Below are positions 8,758 to 18,354 of a DNA stretch of 32,692 nt, in pieces. The notes below the pieces were generated by a model. The model did not search any database, was not told the origin of the DNA, and saw nothing but the letters and a program-made list of their open reading frames with translations. Each line of letters starts with the position of its first letter. Position 1 is the stretch's first letter. Both the position numbers and the translations under genes were made by a program. The DNA is taken from sequence record SRR22947727_793. The stretch is one strand, 5' to 3'.

Positions 8758-9786
8758 ATGACGGATCACACCCCCCTTGATACGGATGCAGTGGCGCTGT
8801 GGATGGCCGATCACATAAAGGGGTTTCAAGGCCCGGTATCTGCCATAAAATTCATCCTTGGCCAATCCAATCCAACCTATGCGTTAACCGCGCAGTCAGG
8901 GCGCTATGTTTTGCGGCGCAAACCGTCCGGTATCTTGCTCAAATCTGCGCATGCGGTTGAGCGCGAATTTCGCGTGCAAAACGCACTCAGCGGCAGCGCA
9001 GTTCCAGTGGCCAGAATGTACAAGCTTTGTGAAGATCCCAGCATCATCGGATCGCCGTTTTACGTGATGGATATGATAGATGGGGTGACCTATAACGAGC
9101 CGCATCTACCCGATCTCGCGCGCGAAAAACGGCGGGCGATTATTATGGAAATGAACCGCGTCTTGGGCGCCATTCATAACGTTGATTTAAGCGCAACGGG
9201 GCTGACCGATTTTGGCCCTGAGGGAAATTATTACCGCCGCCAAACCGACCGTTGGACCAAACAATATCGCGCGAGTGAAACCGAAACGCTGCCAGATATG
9301 GACGCATTGGCCGCATGGCTTGATCAGAATATGCCCGCAGAAGACGGGCAGCGCAGCTTGGTGCATGGCGATTACCGGCTTGATAATATGCTGTTTGCAA
9401 AAGACGCGCCCAACTGCTTGGCCGTCTTGGATTGGGAATTGTCAACGCTGGGCCATCCCTATGCCGATTTGGCAGGCGTGCTTATGCAATGGTCGATGCC
9501 CGTGGGGGCGCAGGGGCGTGGCTTGGCAGGGCTTGCACGCAGCGCCGAAGGGTTAATGGAGGATCAAGAATTTATCGATCTTTACTGTGCCCAGCGCGGT
9601 TTGTCACAAATCGACCGGTTTGAGTTCTATCTGGCCTTTTGTTATTTTCGAATGGCCGCTATCTTGCAGGGTGTGAAAAAGCGGGCTCTGGAGGGCAATG
9701 CCTCTAATCCTGAAAGAGCGATGCAATTGGCCGAACATGTTCCGGCATTGGCCAGCGCCGGCCTCCAAGCCGCGCAAGGCATATAA
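8758..9786 (+). CDS. APH-family phosphotransferase resembling the ACAD10/11 N-terminal kinase domain
   Basis: GQSNPTY, YVLRRKP, SAHAVERE, HGDYRLDN, LDWELSTLGHP.AD; start ATG 8758. Confidence 0.9.
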   Translation: MTDHTPLDTDAVALWMADHIKGFQGPVSAIKFILGQSNPTYALTAQSGRYVLRRKPSGILLKSAHAVEREFRVQNALSGSAVPVARMYKLCEDPSIIGSPFYVMDMIDGVTYNEPHLPDLAREKRRAIIMEMNRVLGAIHNVDLSATGLTDFGPEGNYYRRQTDRWTKQYRASETETLPDMDALAAWLDQNMPAEDGQRSLVHGDYRLDNMLFAKDAPNCLAVLDWELSTLGHPYADLAGVLMQWSMPVGAQGRGLAGLARSAEGLMEDQEFIDLYCAQRGLSQIDRFEFYLAFCYFRMAAILQGVKKRALEGNASNPERAMQLAEHVPALASAGLQAAQGI

Positions 9787-9822
9787 ATTCTAAACCGCCA
9801 ATAATAAAGGCCTTTCATTCAG

Positions 9823-10251
9823 ATGAACTCTCAAAGCCCCCCCCAAGAAGCCCCCTATCCTTTGCAGCGCCATTTAGGATTTAGCGTAACCGATTGGCGG
9901 ATTGATTACTGCCGGCTTGAATTGCCGCTTCAAGGCTTTTTAATGAACCGGCAAGGCATTCCACATGGTGGCATACACGCAACATTGATGGATACGGCAA
10001 TGGGGTTTTCGGGCTGCTTTTCGGATGATCCAGAACGCCCCCGCTATGCCATGACGCTAAACTTATCGGTCAATTTCCTTGGCTTGCCAGAAGGGGATTT
10101 GCTGATCACGCAAGCCTGGCGCACCGGCGGCGGACAAAGCACGTTTTTTGCCGATGCCAAAGTCACCGATGAAAATCAAACCGTTTTGGCCAGCGCAACG
10201 GGCGTGTTTCGCTATCGCAAAAATTTTACGAAAGGCCCAAACCATGGATAA
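9823..10251 (+). CDS. PaaI-family hotdog-fold thioesterase
   Basis: N..GIPHGGIHATLMDTAMG motif; TLNLSVNFL. Confidence 0.88.
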   Translation: MNSQSPPQEAPYPLQRHLGFSVTDWRIDYCRLELPLQGFLMNRQGIPHGGIHATLMDTAMGFSGCFSDDPERPRYAMTLNLSVNFLGLPEGDLLITQAWRTGGGQSTFFADAKVTDENQTVLASATGVFRYRKNFTKGPNHG

Positions 10252-11287
10252 GCCGACAATGCAGCATATTGTTCTATCCCAGCGCCCCAAAGGCCCCGCC
10301 CGTGAAAACCATTTTCGGCTTGAAACCAAACCCATGCCCGTGCCAGCGCAAGACGACGTTCTGGTTGAGCTTGCCTATCTTTCGGTTGATCCCTACATGC
10401 GCGGGCGCATGGATGATGTGAGATCCTATGCAAAGCCAGTTGCCTTGGGCAGCACGATGGAGGGCGGCGCGGTTGGACGGGTTATCGCGTCGCGCAGCGC
10501 CGGTTTTGAAATTGGGGATTACGTGATGGGCCCCTTTGGATGGGCCAGCCATGGCTGTTGTCCGGCGGCCCATTTGCGCAAGCTGGATACAAGCATAGCG
10601 CCGATCAGCACGGCGCTGGGGGTTCTGGGTATGCCGGGATTTACCGGCTGGTACGGGTTTGAAAAACTGGGCCGCCCCAAACGCGGGGAAACGCTTGTTG
10701 TGGCCGCGGCCACCGGCCCGGTTGGATCTATGGTAGGGCAATTGGCAAACGCCGCAGGCCTGCGCGCCATTGGGATCGCCGGAGGGGCAAAAAAATGCGC
10801 CTTGGCCATTGAGCGTTTTGGATTCAAGCAATGTTTGGACCATACCGCTTTTGCAACCTCAAAAGATCTGCGCGCAGCGCTGAAAAGCGCCTGCCCCGAC
10901 GGCGTAGATATTTATTTTGAAAATGTGGCTGGCAAAGTTCTAGAGGCCGTTATGCCTCTGATGAATACGGGCGGCCGCGTTCCGATCTGCGGCTTGATCA
11001 GTTGGTATGATGAGGGGGCTTTGGGGGGGCATGCAGCCGGCGGGGCTCAGGATAATCTGCCCAAGTTTTGGCGCAGCATTCTGGTCAAACGGCTTTCAAT
11101 CAACGGCTTTATAATCTCAGATCACTGGGCGCTTTTTGATGCATTCCTGGCGGATATTACGCCGCGGGTGGCGGCGGAAGAGATCCGGTTTTACGAAGAT
11201 ATCACAGAAGGGCTTGAAAAAGCCCCCAAAGCTTTGACCGGCCTGTTAAATGGGCAGAATTTCGGAAAACAGCTGATCAAGCTTTAG
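10244..11287 (+). CDS. NADP-dependent alkenal/enone reductase (CurA/PTGR-type MDR)
   Basis: YLSVDPYMRGRM, LGVLGMPGFT, AAATGPVGSMVGQ, DIYFENV, GQNFGKQL; overlaps the thioesterase stop. Confidence 0.92.
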   Translation: MDKPTMQHIVLSQRPKGPARENHFRLETKPMPVPAQDDVLVELAYLSVDPYMRGRMDDVRSYAKPVALGSTMEGGAVGRVIASRSAGFEIGDYVMGPFGWASHGCCPAAHLRKLDTSIAPISTALGVLGMPGFTGWYGFEKLGRPKRGETLVVAAATGPVGSMVGQLANAAGLRAIGIAGGAKKCALAIERFGFKQCLDHTAFATSKDLRAALKSACPDGVDIYFENVAGKVLEAVMPLMNTGGRVPICGLISWYDEGALGGHAAGGAQDNLPKFWRSILVKRLSINGFIISDHWALFDAFLADITPRVAAEEIRFYEDITEGLEKAPKALTGLLNGQNFGKQLIKL

Positions 11288-11316
11288 CGCTTTTTCATTG
11301 CGCGCCAGCCTTGGCG

Positions 11317-12381
11317 TCATCCCGCCCAGCCATGGAGGTTTTCGTCAATCACCGTGCATAACGCGCTCACATGCTCGGGGTCATCATTGAGGCACGGAAT
11401 ATAAAGAAAATCTTCGCCGCCCGCTTCTTCAAAGCTTTCTTTAATTTCTTCATTGATCTCTTCGAGAGTTTCGATGCAATCGGCAGAAAACGCGGGCGCG
11501 ATCACCGCAATGTTCTTTTTACCCTCTTCCTCGGCAAGCCGGGCCACCTCTTCTACGGTGTACGGCTTCAGCCATTCTTCGGGGCCAAATTTTGACTGGA
11601 AGGTTGTTCTTATTTCCGTATCTTGCCAGCCCAACCGCTCTTTGAGAAGCCGCGTGGTTTTTTGACATTGGCAATGATAGGGATCGCCTTCAAGCAAATA
11701 CCGCCGTGGCACGCCGTGATAAGAGCACACGAGAACATCAGGCTTTTTTTCCGCCGCTGCATAGGCCCGCTCAACCGATTTTGCCAGCGCGTCAATATAT
11801 TCTGGATGATCAAAATAAGGCGCCACAGTGCGCGCCGATGGCTGCCATTTCTCTTGCATCAAAGCGCGAAAAAACTGATCATTTGCGGTCGCGGAAGTGG
11901 CCCCCGCATAATGCGGGTAGAGCGGGAAAAACAGGATTTTGCTGCAGCCTGCTGCCGTCATTTCACGCACTTTTGATTGGGTGGAAGGGTTGCCATAGCG
12001 CATGCAGAAATCAACCATCACCGATTCGCCATAGCGTTTATGCAGCTCTGTTTTGATTTTATCGGTTTGATTTCGGGTGATGGTCATCAGCGGGCTTTCA
12101 TCGTCGGCCTCATTCCAAATCGACTTATAAGCCGCGCCCGAACGAAATGGACGCGAGGTTAGAATGACCAATTGCAACAGCGGCTGCCACAGCCAGGGCG
12201 AATAATCGATCACCCGCCGGTCCGATAGAAACTCGCCCAGATAGCGGCGCATTGACCAATAATCATAATTATCCGGAGTGCCCAGATTGGCCAATAAAAT
12301 GCCCACTTTTTGCTGTGGTACTTTCGGGTGATCTGGCGCGGCATGTACAGGGCAGGCGGCTGGAACCGTGGCGTCAAACAT
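11317..12381 (-). CDS. hemH: Ferrochelatase
   Basis: LANLGTP, FLSDRRV, MRYGNPS, SYHGVP, FQSKFGPEEWLKPYT, FSADCIETLEE, IPCLND. Confidence 0.97.
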   Translation of the reverse strand: MFDATVPAACPVHAAPDHPKVPQQKVGILLANLGTPDNYDYWSMRRYLGEFLSDRRVIDYSPWLWQPLLQLVILTSRPFRSGAAYKSIWNEADDESPLMTITRNQTDKIKTELHKRYGESVMVDFCMRYGNPSTQSKVREMTAAGCSKILFFPLYPHYAGATSATANDQFFRALMQEKWQPSARTVAPYFDHPEYIDALAKSVERAYAAAEKKPDVLVCSYHGVPRRYLLEGDPYHCQCQKTTRLLKERLGWQDTEIRTTFQSKFGPEEWLKPYTVEEVARLAEEEGKKNIAVIAPAFSADCIETLEEINEEIKESFEEAGGEDFLYIPCLNDDPEHVSALCTVIDENLHGWAG

Positions 12382-12437
12382 CGTCTATTTCCAATTTTCT
12401 AAACATTGAGTGTCATTTAACTCTTTATAACTCTGGG

Positions 12438-13259
12438 TCAATCTTGCAGAGGCCTTTCGGGCACCTGCAACGCATCGGACAGCCGCGTTTGCGCCGATCC
12501 GGGGCGCAAGGGCTGTTGCTGCGATGCATCCGGTGCCCAGCCGGTTAACCAAATCATTTCAAAAAGCACCGGTAGAAGACCGTCAGGATGCGCAAAATGT
12601 TCGGCATAGATATCTTGTGCGGTTTCAAAAAGCCTGCGTGGGGCAAATTTTTTCAAACGCGCCTGTTGCGCGTTGGTTTCGCCCATTGCCCGAAGATCGT
12701 GCATGATATGCCGCAAATCTTGATATTGGGCGGTGATTTCGAAACTGTCCGCCACGGGCAGCGCCAAGCCCGCACGCTGCAGCAAGCTTCCCAATTCACG
12801 AATTTCGGCCATTGGCAAAACGCGTGGAGACACCCCGCCCATCACGGCAATTTCTGCCTCAGCCAAAGCGCTGCGCAACTGAAACAAACTGCGCCCGCCC
12901 AATAAGGCCGCCAAGAGAAGCCCATCACCGCGCAAAGCGCGGCGGCATTGAATCAATTGCCCCAACGGATCATTCGCCCAATGCAGCGCCAAGGCATGCA
13001 CGATCAAATCACAGCTATTTGGCGCAAGATCCAAAACATCGTCATCTGAAATCACCCGTGCCTGCGGGTAAGCCGCTGCCCATATTTCAGGATCTGCGGT
13101 AATAATCACCATATCCGTAAAGGCTTTTGTAACCATTAGCAGGCGATCTTGCAGATCTTCAAGAGCTGCAACCTGCAAAAAATCAGGGCGGCTGCGCTGC
13201 TGTCTGGAGCGCTGGCGCAAAAGCGCAGATCGATCAATCAAAGGGGCGGGTACGCTCAT
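12438..13259 (-). CDS. BioC/NDUFAF5-like SAM-dependent methyltransferase-fold protein
   Basis: LALHWANDP.GQL, GGVSPRVLPM, LLQRAGLALPVAD, MHDLRAMGETNA, GWAPDASQQQPLRPGSA; start ATG 13259. Confidence 0.85.
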   Translation of the reverse strand: MSVPAPLIDRSALLRQRSRQQRSRPDFLQVAALEDLQDRLLMVTKAFTDMVIITADPEIWAAAYPQARVISDDDVLDLAPNSCDLIVHALALHWANDPLGQLIQCRRALRGDGLLLAALLGGRSLFQLRSALAEAEIAVMGGVSPRVLPMAEIRELGSLLQRAGLALPVADSFEITAQYQDLRHIMHDLRAMGETNAQQARLKKFAPRRLFETAQDIYAEHFAHPDGLLPVLFEMIWLTGWAPDASQQQPLRPGSAQTRLSDALQVPERPLQD

Positions 13260-13273
13260 ATAAGGCCCCATAA

Positions 13274-14008
13274 ATGAAACCAACGCTTTTTGAAACCATG
13301 TTACGCAGTCTTTATCCGCCCTGCTGCCTGCTTTGCGCTGCACCCGTGGACCGAGATTTCGGATTATGCCCGCCCTGTTGGCGCGATATGCCCTTTATCA
13401 GCCAGCCCGCCTGCATGTTTTGCGGAATGCCCATAGCCGCTGATAAGCTTGAGGGGCCCACCCCCTGCGATTCTTGTTTTCGCGCCCCGCCAGCTTGGGA
13501 GGCCGGACGCGCGGTGCTATTGTATCAACGCAGCGCAAAGGGGTTAATCCTTGCGATGAAGCATGGTGATAGAACCGACTGCTTTAAACCCGCCGCTTCT
13601 TGGCTTTTCGCGGCCTGCCAATATCTTTTGACCCCCGATACAATCGTCACAGCCGTACCTTTGCATTGGCGGCGCTATCTAAACAGAAAATACAATCAGG
13701 CGGCTTTCTTGGGGCAGCACATGGCGCGACTGGCCAATATTTCATATGAGCCGTTTTTGTTAAAGCGCCACCGCGCAACAGCCCCGTTGGACACCGCGTC
13801 CAGTGCAGAACGCCGCGCGCGGATGCAAAACACCATCGCATCGAACCCGGCTCGGGCGCAGGCGCTTTATAACAAACCGGTTTTGATCATTGATGACGTG
13901 ATGACATCAGGGGCTACGTTAACCGCCGCGGCGCAGGCTTGCCGCGCCGGCCAACCTCAAAAAATTAGCGTAGCGATACTGGCGCGCACGCCCAAAAACG
14001 ATTACTAG
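13274..14008 (+). CDS. comF: ComF-family protein (double zinc ribbon plus PRT domain)
   Basis: Four CxxC pairs, VPLHWRR...R.YNQA, LIIDDVMTSGATL. Confidence 0.9.
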   Translation: MKPTLFETMLRSLYPPCCLLCAAPVDRDFGLCPPCWRDMPFISQPACMFCGMPIAADKLEGPTPCDSCFRAPPAWEAGRAVLLYQRSAKGLILAMKHGDRTDCFKPAASWLFAACQYLLTPDTIVTAVPLHWRRYLNRKYNQAAFLGQHMARLANISYEPFLLKRHRATAPLDTASSAERRARMQNTIASNPARAQALYNKPVLIIDDVMTSGATLTAAAQACRAGQPQKISVAILARTPKNDY

Positions 14009-14031
14009 CAGCCCGGTAAGGGGTCGCTCAT

Positions 14032-14292
14032 ATGCAAACCATTGAAATTTATACCACGCCACTTTGTGGCTATTGCTTGGCCGCCAAACGCCTTTTGAAG
14101 CAAAAAAAGGCGCCGTTTCACGAAATCGACCTGAGCAAAAACCCCGATCGGCGCAAAGAAATGCAAAAACGCGCCGAAGGGGGCCGCACGGTGCCTCAGA
14201 TTTTTATCGGCGAACTACATATTGGCGGCTGCGATGAGCTTTACCAACTTGAACAGGCCAAAAAACTGGACGCCTTGCTTAACGCGGCATGA
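14032..14292 (+). CDS. grxC: Glutaredoxin 3
   Basis: CGYC active site, TVPQIFI, GGCD. Confidence 0.95.
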   Translation: MQTIEIYTTPLCGYCLAAKRLLKQKKAPFHEIDLSKNPDRRKEMQKRAEGGRTVPQIFIGELHIGGCDELYQLEQAKKLDALLNAA

Positions 14293-15128
14293 AACTGGCG
14301 CTTGTTCAAATCTGCAGTGGGGATAACCCAACAAAAAACCTAGGAAAAACATGTGGTTTCATTCGCAAGGCAGCGCGGGCCGGGGCCGAACTGATCGTAA
14401 CCCCCGAAGTGACCAATTGCGTGTCTCAAAACCGCGATCACCAACGGCAAGTTTTACAAACAGAGGCTCAAGATCTTACCTTGGCGCAGCTGCGCAAGCT
14501 GGCAGAACAGGAACGTATCTGGCTGCTGATTGGCTCTTTAGCGTTGAAAAATTCCGGGCCGGATGATCGGTTTTCCAACCGGTCTTTTCTGATTGATCCG
14601 CAGGGTCAGATTCAGGCCCGCTATGATAAAATTCATATGTTTGATGTCACCTTATCCGGCAGCGAATCATATACCGAATCCGATGGCTACAAACCGGGCA
14701 ATCGTGCTGTCTTAAGCCAAACGCCTTTTGGCACCTTGGGCATGACCATTTGCTATGATCTGCGCTTCCCGCAGCTTTACCGCGATTTGGCCCAGAAGGG
14801 GGCGCAGCTGATCAGCGTGCCCGCGGCGTTTTCCTGCACCACCGGCCCCGCCCATTGGGAAATATTACTGCGCGCACGGGCGATCGAGACTGGCTGCTTT
14901 CTGTTGGCCGCCGCGCAATCTGGCACGCATCCAACAGACCATGGATCAGCGCGCCGCACATATGGGCATTCTATGGTCATTTCCCCATGGGGGGAAGTTT
15001 TGCTGAATTTAAAATCCGCCCTCGGATTTGGCCTTGTTGATCTTAATCTCGAAGACGTTGACACAGCCCGCAACCGTGTGCCATCGCTACGGGCAGATAC
15101 CCAATACGCCGGACCATTGCATGAGTGA
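14289..15128 (+). CDS. Carbon-nitrogen hydrolase (Nit1-like, probable deaminated-glutathione amidase)
   Basis: Catalytic triad TPE, YDKIHMFDV, ICYDLRFP; HWEILLRARAIE; ATGA overlap with grxC. Confidence 0.9.
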   Translation: MKLALVQICSGDNPTKNLGKTCGFIRKAARAGAELIVTPEVTNCVSQNRDHQRQVLQTEAQDLTLAQLRKLAEQERIWLLIGSLALKNSGPDDRFSNRSFLIDPQGQIQARYDKIHMFDVTLSGSESYTESDGYKPGNRAVLSQTPFGTLGMTICYDLRFPQLYRDLAQKGAQLISVPAAFSCTTGPAHWEILLRARAIETGCFLLAAAQSGTHPTDHGSARRTYGHSMVISPWGEVLLNLKSALGFGLVDLNLEDVDTARNRVPSLRADTQYAGPLHE

Positions 15129-15582
15129 TGCTCAAAACCCGCTTGCCATTTTGTTTTTCAGCGAATTGCTGACCGTTGAACAATTGCTGCGCAATCAACT
15201 GGCCCGCGCGCTGCCCAAAGGGATGGAATTATCTCATTTCTCAGTTCTCAACCAATTGGCGCATATCGGCAATGAACGCACTCCCGCGCAATTGGCCAAA
15301 AGCTTTCACGTCACGCGCGGCGCAATGACCAACACGCTCAGCAAACTTGAGATGGCTGGCTATATTCATATCCGCCCAGATTGGGATGATGCGCGCCGCA
15401 AATTGGTTGCGCTCAGCCCTGCCGGCTCGCAGGCAAGAGATGCCGCACTCAGCGCGCTCACCCCAATGATACAAGAGGTCGTAGAACAAATGGGGGAAGA
15501 TAAAACCCGCCTCTTGCTGCCGGTTTTGCGAGATCTACGCCTGCGGCTAGGAGCCGAAACCGAGCCCAAAAAAAACACCTAA
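15121..15582 (+). CDS. MarR-family transcriptional regulator
   Basis: HFSVLNQL, TPAQLA..FHVTRGAMTNTL, D.RRKLV.L...G winged helix; start ATG 15121. Confidence 0.9.
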   Translation: MSDAQNPLAILFFSELLTVEQLLRNQLARALPKGMELSHFSVLNQLAHIGNERTPAQLAKSFHVTRGAMTNTLSKLEMAGYIHIRPDWDDARRKLVALSPAGSQARDAALSALTPMIQEVVEQMGEDKTRLLLPVLRDLRLRLGAETEPKKNT

Positions 15583-15762
15583 TGCGAAGAATAAAATCAA
15601 GATAAGATTTAAAAATAGACGCCACGCAAAAAAATCTTGAAAAGTTTTTTGTTCACTGGTGTACAGGATCATTTAAGTTTTATATATACTGCGCGCGTTT
15701 GCCTCCCCAAGGCTGGTAATCGCGTTTTGATAAAAAAGAGCAGCACCGTTGAGGAAACCGTC

Positions 15763-16242
15763 GTGAAGACCATCGCATCAGCTATATTTATGATCGCGCT
15801 TTGGCTATTGCTGTCAGGCATTTACAAGCCGATGCTGGTGGGATTTGGCATCGCCTCGGTGATGTTGGTTTTGTTTATCGTGCGGCGGATGGATCAAGTT
15901 GACGGCGATCGTGTGACGGTTGCCTTAAACCCGATCAAATTTCTGACCTATTTTATCTGGTTGCTGGGTGAAATTGCCAAATCAAATTGGGCGGTCACCA
16001 AAGTTATCTTGTCGGGCCAGGCGCCACAACGGCAGCATTTCTTTGAAATTCCTTATTCTCAATCTACTGATTTGGGGCAGGTGATCTTTGCCAATTCGAT
16101 CACCTTGACACCCGGAACTTTGACCGTTGAAACAGAGCAGGGTGATTTCCAAATCCACGCGCTTGCCTATTCAGATGAAGATCTTGAGGCATTGGCCGAT
16201 ATGGACCGTCGCGTCACCGCGATTGAAACGGAGCGGGCCTGA
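15763..16242 (+). CDS. mrpE: Mrp Na+/H+ antiporter subunit E
   Basis: FANSITLTPGTLTV and IHAL motifs; GAGG SD before GTG 15763. Confidence 0.93.
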   Translation: MKTIASAIFMIALWLLLSGIYKPMLVGFGIASVMLVLFIVRRMDQVDGDRVTVALNPIKFLTYFIWLLGEIAKSNWAVTKVILSGQAPQRQHFFEIPYSQSTDLGQVIFANSITLTPGTLTVETEQGDFQIHALAYSDEDLEALADMDRRVTAIETERA

Positions 16243-16244
16243 GC

Positions 16245-16538
16245 ATGTTTGAGATTGCCGCCATCGCCATTTTTGTTGCTATGTTGCTAGTGCTAATCCG
16301 CTTGATCAAAGGCCCCACGCTTTATGATCGCGTTTTGGCAGGAAACGCCTTTGGGACGCATACAGTGCTGCTGATCGGTGTGGTCGGGTTTTTAACCGGG
16401 CGCCCGGATTTTTTGGATATCGCGCTGCTTTATGCTCTGATCAACTTTGTTGGCACGATCGCAATTTTGAAGTTTTTCAGATATCGGGCGATCGGCGACG
16501 CGCTGTGGACGCCCAAGCAAGAGGAGCCAAAAGAATGA
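16245..16538 (+). CDS. mrpF: Mrp antiporter subunit F
   Basis: GPTLYDRVLA, LDIALLYALINFVGTIA. Confidence 0.93.
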   Translation: MFEIAAIAIFVAMLLVLIRLIKGPTLYDRVLAGNAFGTHTVLLIGVVGFLTGRPDFLDIALLYALINFVGTIAILKFFRYRAIGDALWTPKQEEPKE

Positions 16539-16909
16539 CCTTTCCCGCGCTCTTGATCGATATCTTAAGCTGGGCGATGATCCTTGCCGGATCTTTTTTC
16601 GTGATTATCGGCGCCGTTGGTACTTTGCGCTTTCCCGATTTCTGGTCACGCCTACATGCCGCCTCGGTGACAGAATCAGCCGGCATGATCTTGCTGCTGA
16701 TCGGGATGGCGCTGCAAACGGGCTGGACATTGATCGCCTTTAAACTTGGTGTGATCGGCATTTTTATGTTGATCACCGGCCCAACCTCAACCCATGCTGT
16801 GGCCAATGCCGCGCTGGTATCTGGGCTGCGGCCACCTAAATTACCCCAAACCTCGCCGCAAAAGGCTGCCGCGGAAGCGGCTGATAAAAACCAAACAGGT
16901 GACGCATAG
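16535..16909 (+). CDS. mrpG: Mrp antiporter subunit G
   Basis: RFPDFWSRLHAAS, GPTSTHAVA.AA; ATGA overlap with mrpF. Confidence 0.93.
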   Translation: MTFPALLIDILSWAMILAGSFFVIIGAVGTLRFPDFWSRLHAASVTESAGMILLLIGMALQTGWTLIAFKLGVIGIFMLITGPTSTHAVANAALVSGLRPPKLPQTSPQKAAAEAADKNQTGDA

Positions 16910-16929
16910 AAAGCTTCATTAATATAGCC

Positions 16930-17478
16930 TTGTTCAGCATGTTGGTGATCACCGCTTTGGCAGTGGTGCGCACGCATTCTTTGTTTGCTATCGTGGCGCT
17001 GTCGGGGGTGTTTAGCCTGCTTTCTGCCTTGCTTTTTATCACGCTTGATGCCGTTGATGTGGCCTTTACCGAAGCGGCCGTGGGCGCAGGAATTTCAACA
17101 GTATTGATGCTCAGCACATTGGCGCTGACATCGCGCGCTGAGAAAGTCAGCCATAAACCAAACCTAATCCCCTTACTTGCGGTGATTGTCACCGGCGCGG
17201 CACTGGTTTACGGCACGCTCGATATGCCGAGCTTTGGCGCGCCTGAAGCGCCCGTTCACACACATCTTGGCCCAGCTTATTTGCATGATATTCCACATGA
17301 TATCCACGTGCCAAACGCAGTGACTGCGATTTTGGCCAGCTATCGCGGGTATGATACGTTGGGGGAAACCGCGGTGGTGTTCGCCGCTGGGATTGGTGTG
17401 TTGATGCTGATCAGCGGATTGCGCCGGCGTCGGCGCCCCGAGGATCAGGACGATGACGCGCAGAAGGAGGCCAGCTGA
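16930..17478 (+). CDS. Mrp subunit B-related protein (DUF4040 / MrpA C-terminal-like domain)
   Basis: LDAVDVAFTEAAVGAG and NAVTAILASYRGYDTLGE, both typical of the MrpA C-terminal domain. Start uncertain: the frame is open through ATA 16906 and ATT 16918. Confidence 0.88.
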   Translation: MFSMLVITALAVVRTHSLFAIVALSGVFSLLSALLFITLDAVDVAFTEAAVGAGISTVLMLSTLALTSRAEKVSHKPNLIPLLAVIVTGAALVYGTLDMPSFGAPEAPVHTHLGPAYLHDIPHDIHVPNAVTAILASYRGYDTLGETAVVFAAGIGVLMLISGLRRRRRPEDQDDDAQKEAS

Positions 17479-17918
17479 TGCGTCACCATCTTATCTTGCG
17501 GGTGATTACCAAGCTTCTGGTAGGCACGATTTTTCTCTTCGCTTTATACGTTCAATTCCACGGTGATTACTCGCCCGGTGGCGGCTTCCAAGCCGGCGTG
17601 ATTATGGCTGTTGGGTTTATCATCTACGGATTGGTCTTCAGCCTAAAAAAGGCCAAGCAAGTGTTTCCACCTTGGTTGGTGCATAAATTGCTGGCCTTTG
17701 GCGTTTTGCTTTATGCCGGCACGGGGATTTATAGCTTGTTCATGGGCTATGCCTATTTGGATTATGCCGCGATTGACCCCCAACATCCCTCGCATGGTCA
17801 ACATTTGGGGATTTTGATCGTCGAAGCGGGCGTTGGCATCACGGTGACGGGGGTCATGGTGGCGATCTATTATGCCTTCGCGGCCCGCGCACCAATTTTA
17901 AGCGATGAGGATTGGTAG
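17478..17918 (+). CDS. mrpB: Mrp antiporter subunit B
   Basis: HGDYSPGGGFQAG, E.GVG.TV. Confidence 0.92.
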   Translation: MRHHLILRVITKLLVGTIFLFALYVQFHGDYSPGGGFQAGVIMAVGFIIYGLVFSLKKAKQVFPPWLVHKLLAFGVLLYAGTGIYSLFMGYAYLDYAAIDPQHPSHGQHLGILIVEAGVGITVTGVMVAIYYAFAARAPILSDEDW

Positions 17919-17919
17919 A

Positions 17920-18354
17920 ATGGGTACGCCAATGCTTGAATTTGTGATAGGGCACGCCAATTACTGGTTGTTTATTCTATTGATGATGACCGGCCTTTAC
18001 ATCGTGATTGCCAAAGGCAATCTGGTAAAGAAAATTGTTGGTCTGAATATCTTTCAAACCTCTGTTTTCATGCTCTATATTTCAATGGGAAAAATTGCCG
18101 GCGGCACCGCGCCGATCTTTCCTTTAGATTTGACAGTTGATCCAGATACGCTCTATTCAAACCCGCTTCCGCATGTGCTTATTCTCACTGCGATTGTGGT
18201 GGGCGTTGCCACTACATCTTTGGGATTGGCGTTGATTATCCGTATCCGCGAAGAATACCACAATATTGAAGAAGCGCAGATTGCCGAGGCCGAAGAGGCC
18301 TTATTTCAATCTGAAATCAAAGCCTCGGATACTGCAATGAAAGAGGCCGTGTGA
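17920..18354 (+). CDS. mrpC: Mrp antiporter subunit C
   Basis: NLVKKIVGL, NPLPHVLILTAIVVGVA; start 17920 (GAGG SD) or 17932. Confidence 0.93.
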   Translation: MGTPMLEFVIGHANYWLFILLMMTGLYIVIAKGNLVKKIVGLNIFQTSVFMLYISMGKIAGGTAPIFPLDLTVDPDTLYSNPLPHVLILTAIVVGVATTSLGLALIIRIREEYHNIEEAQIAEAEEALFQSEIKASDTAMKEAV

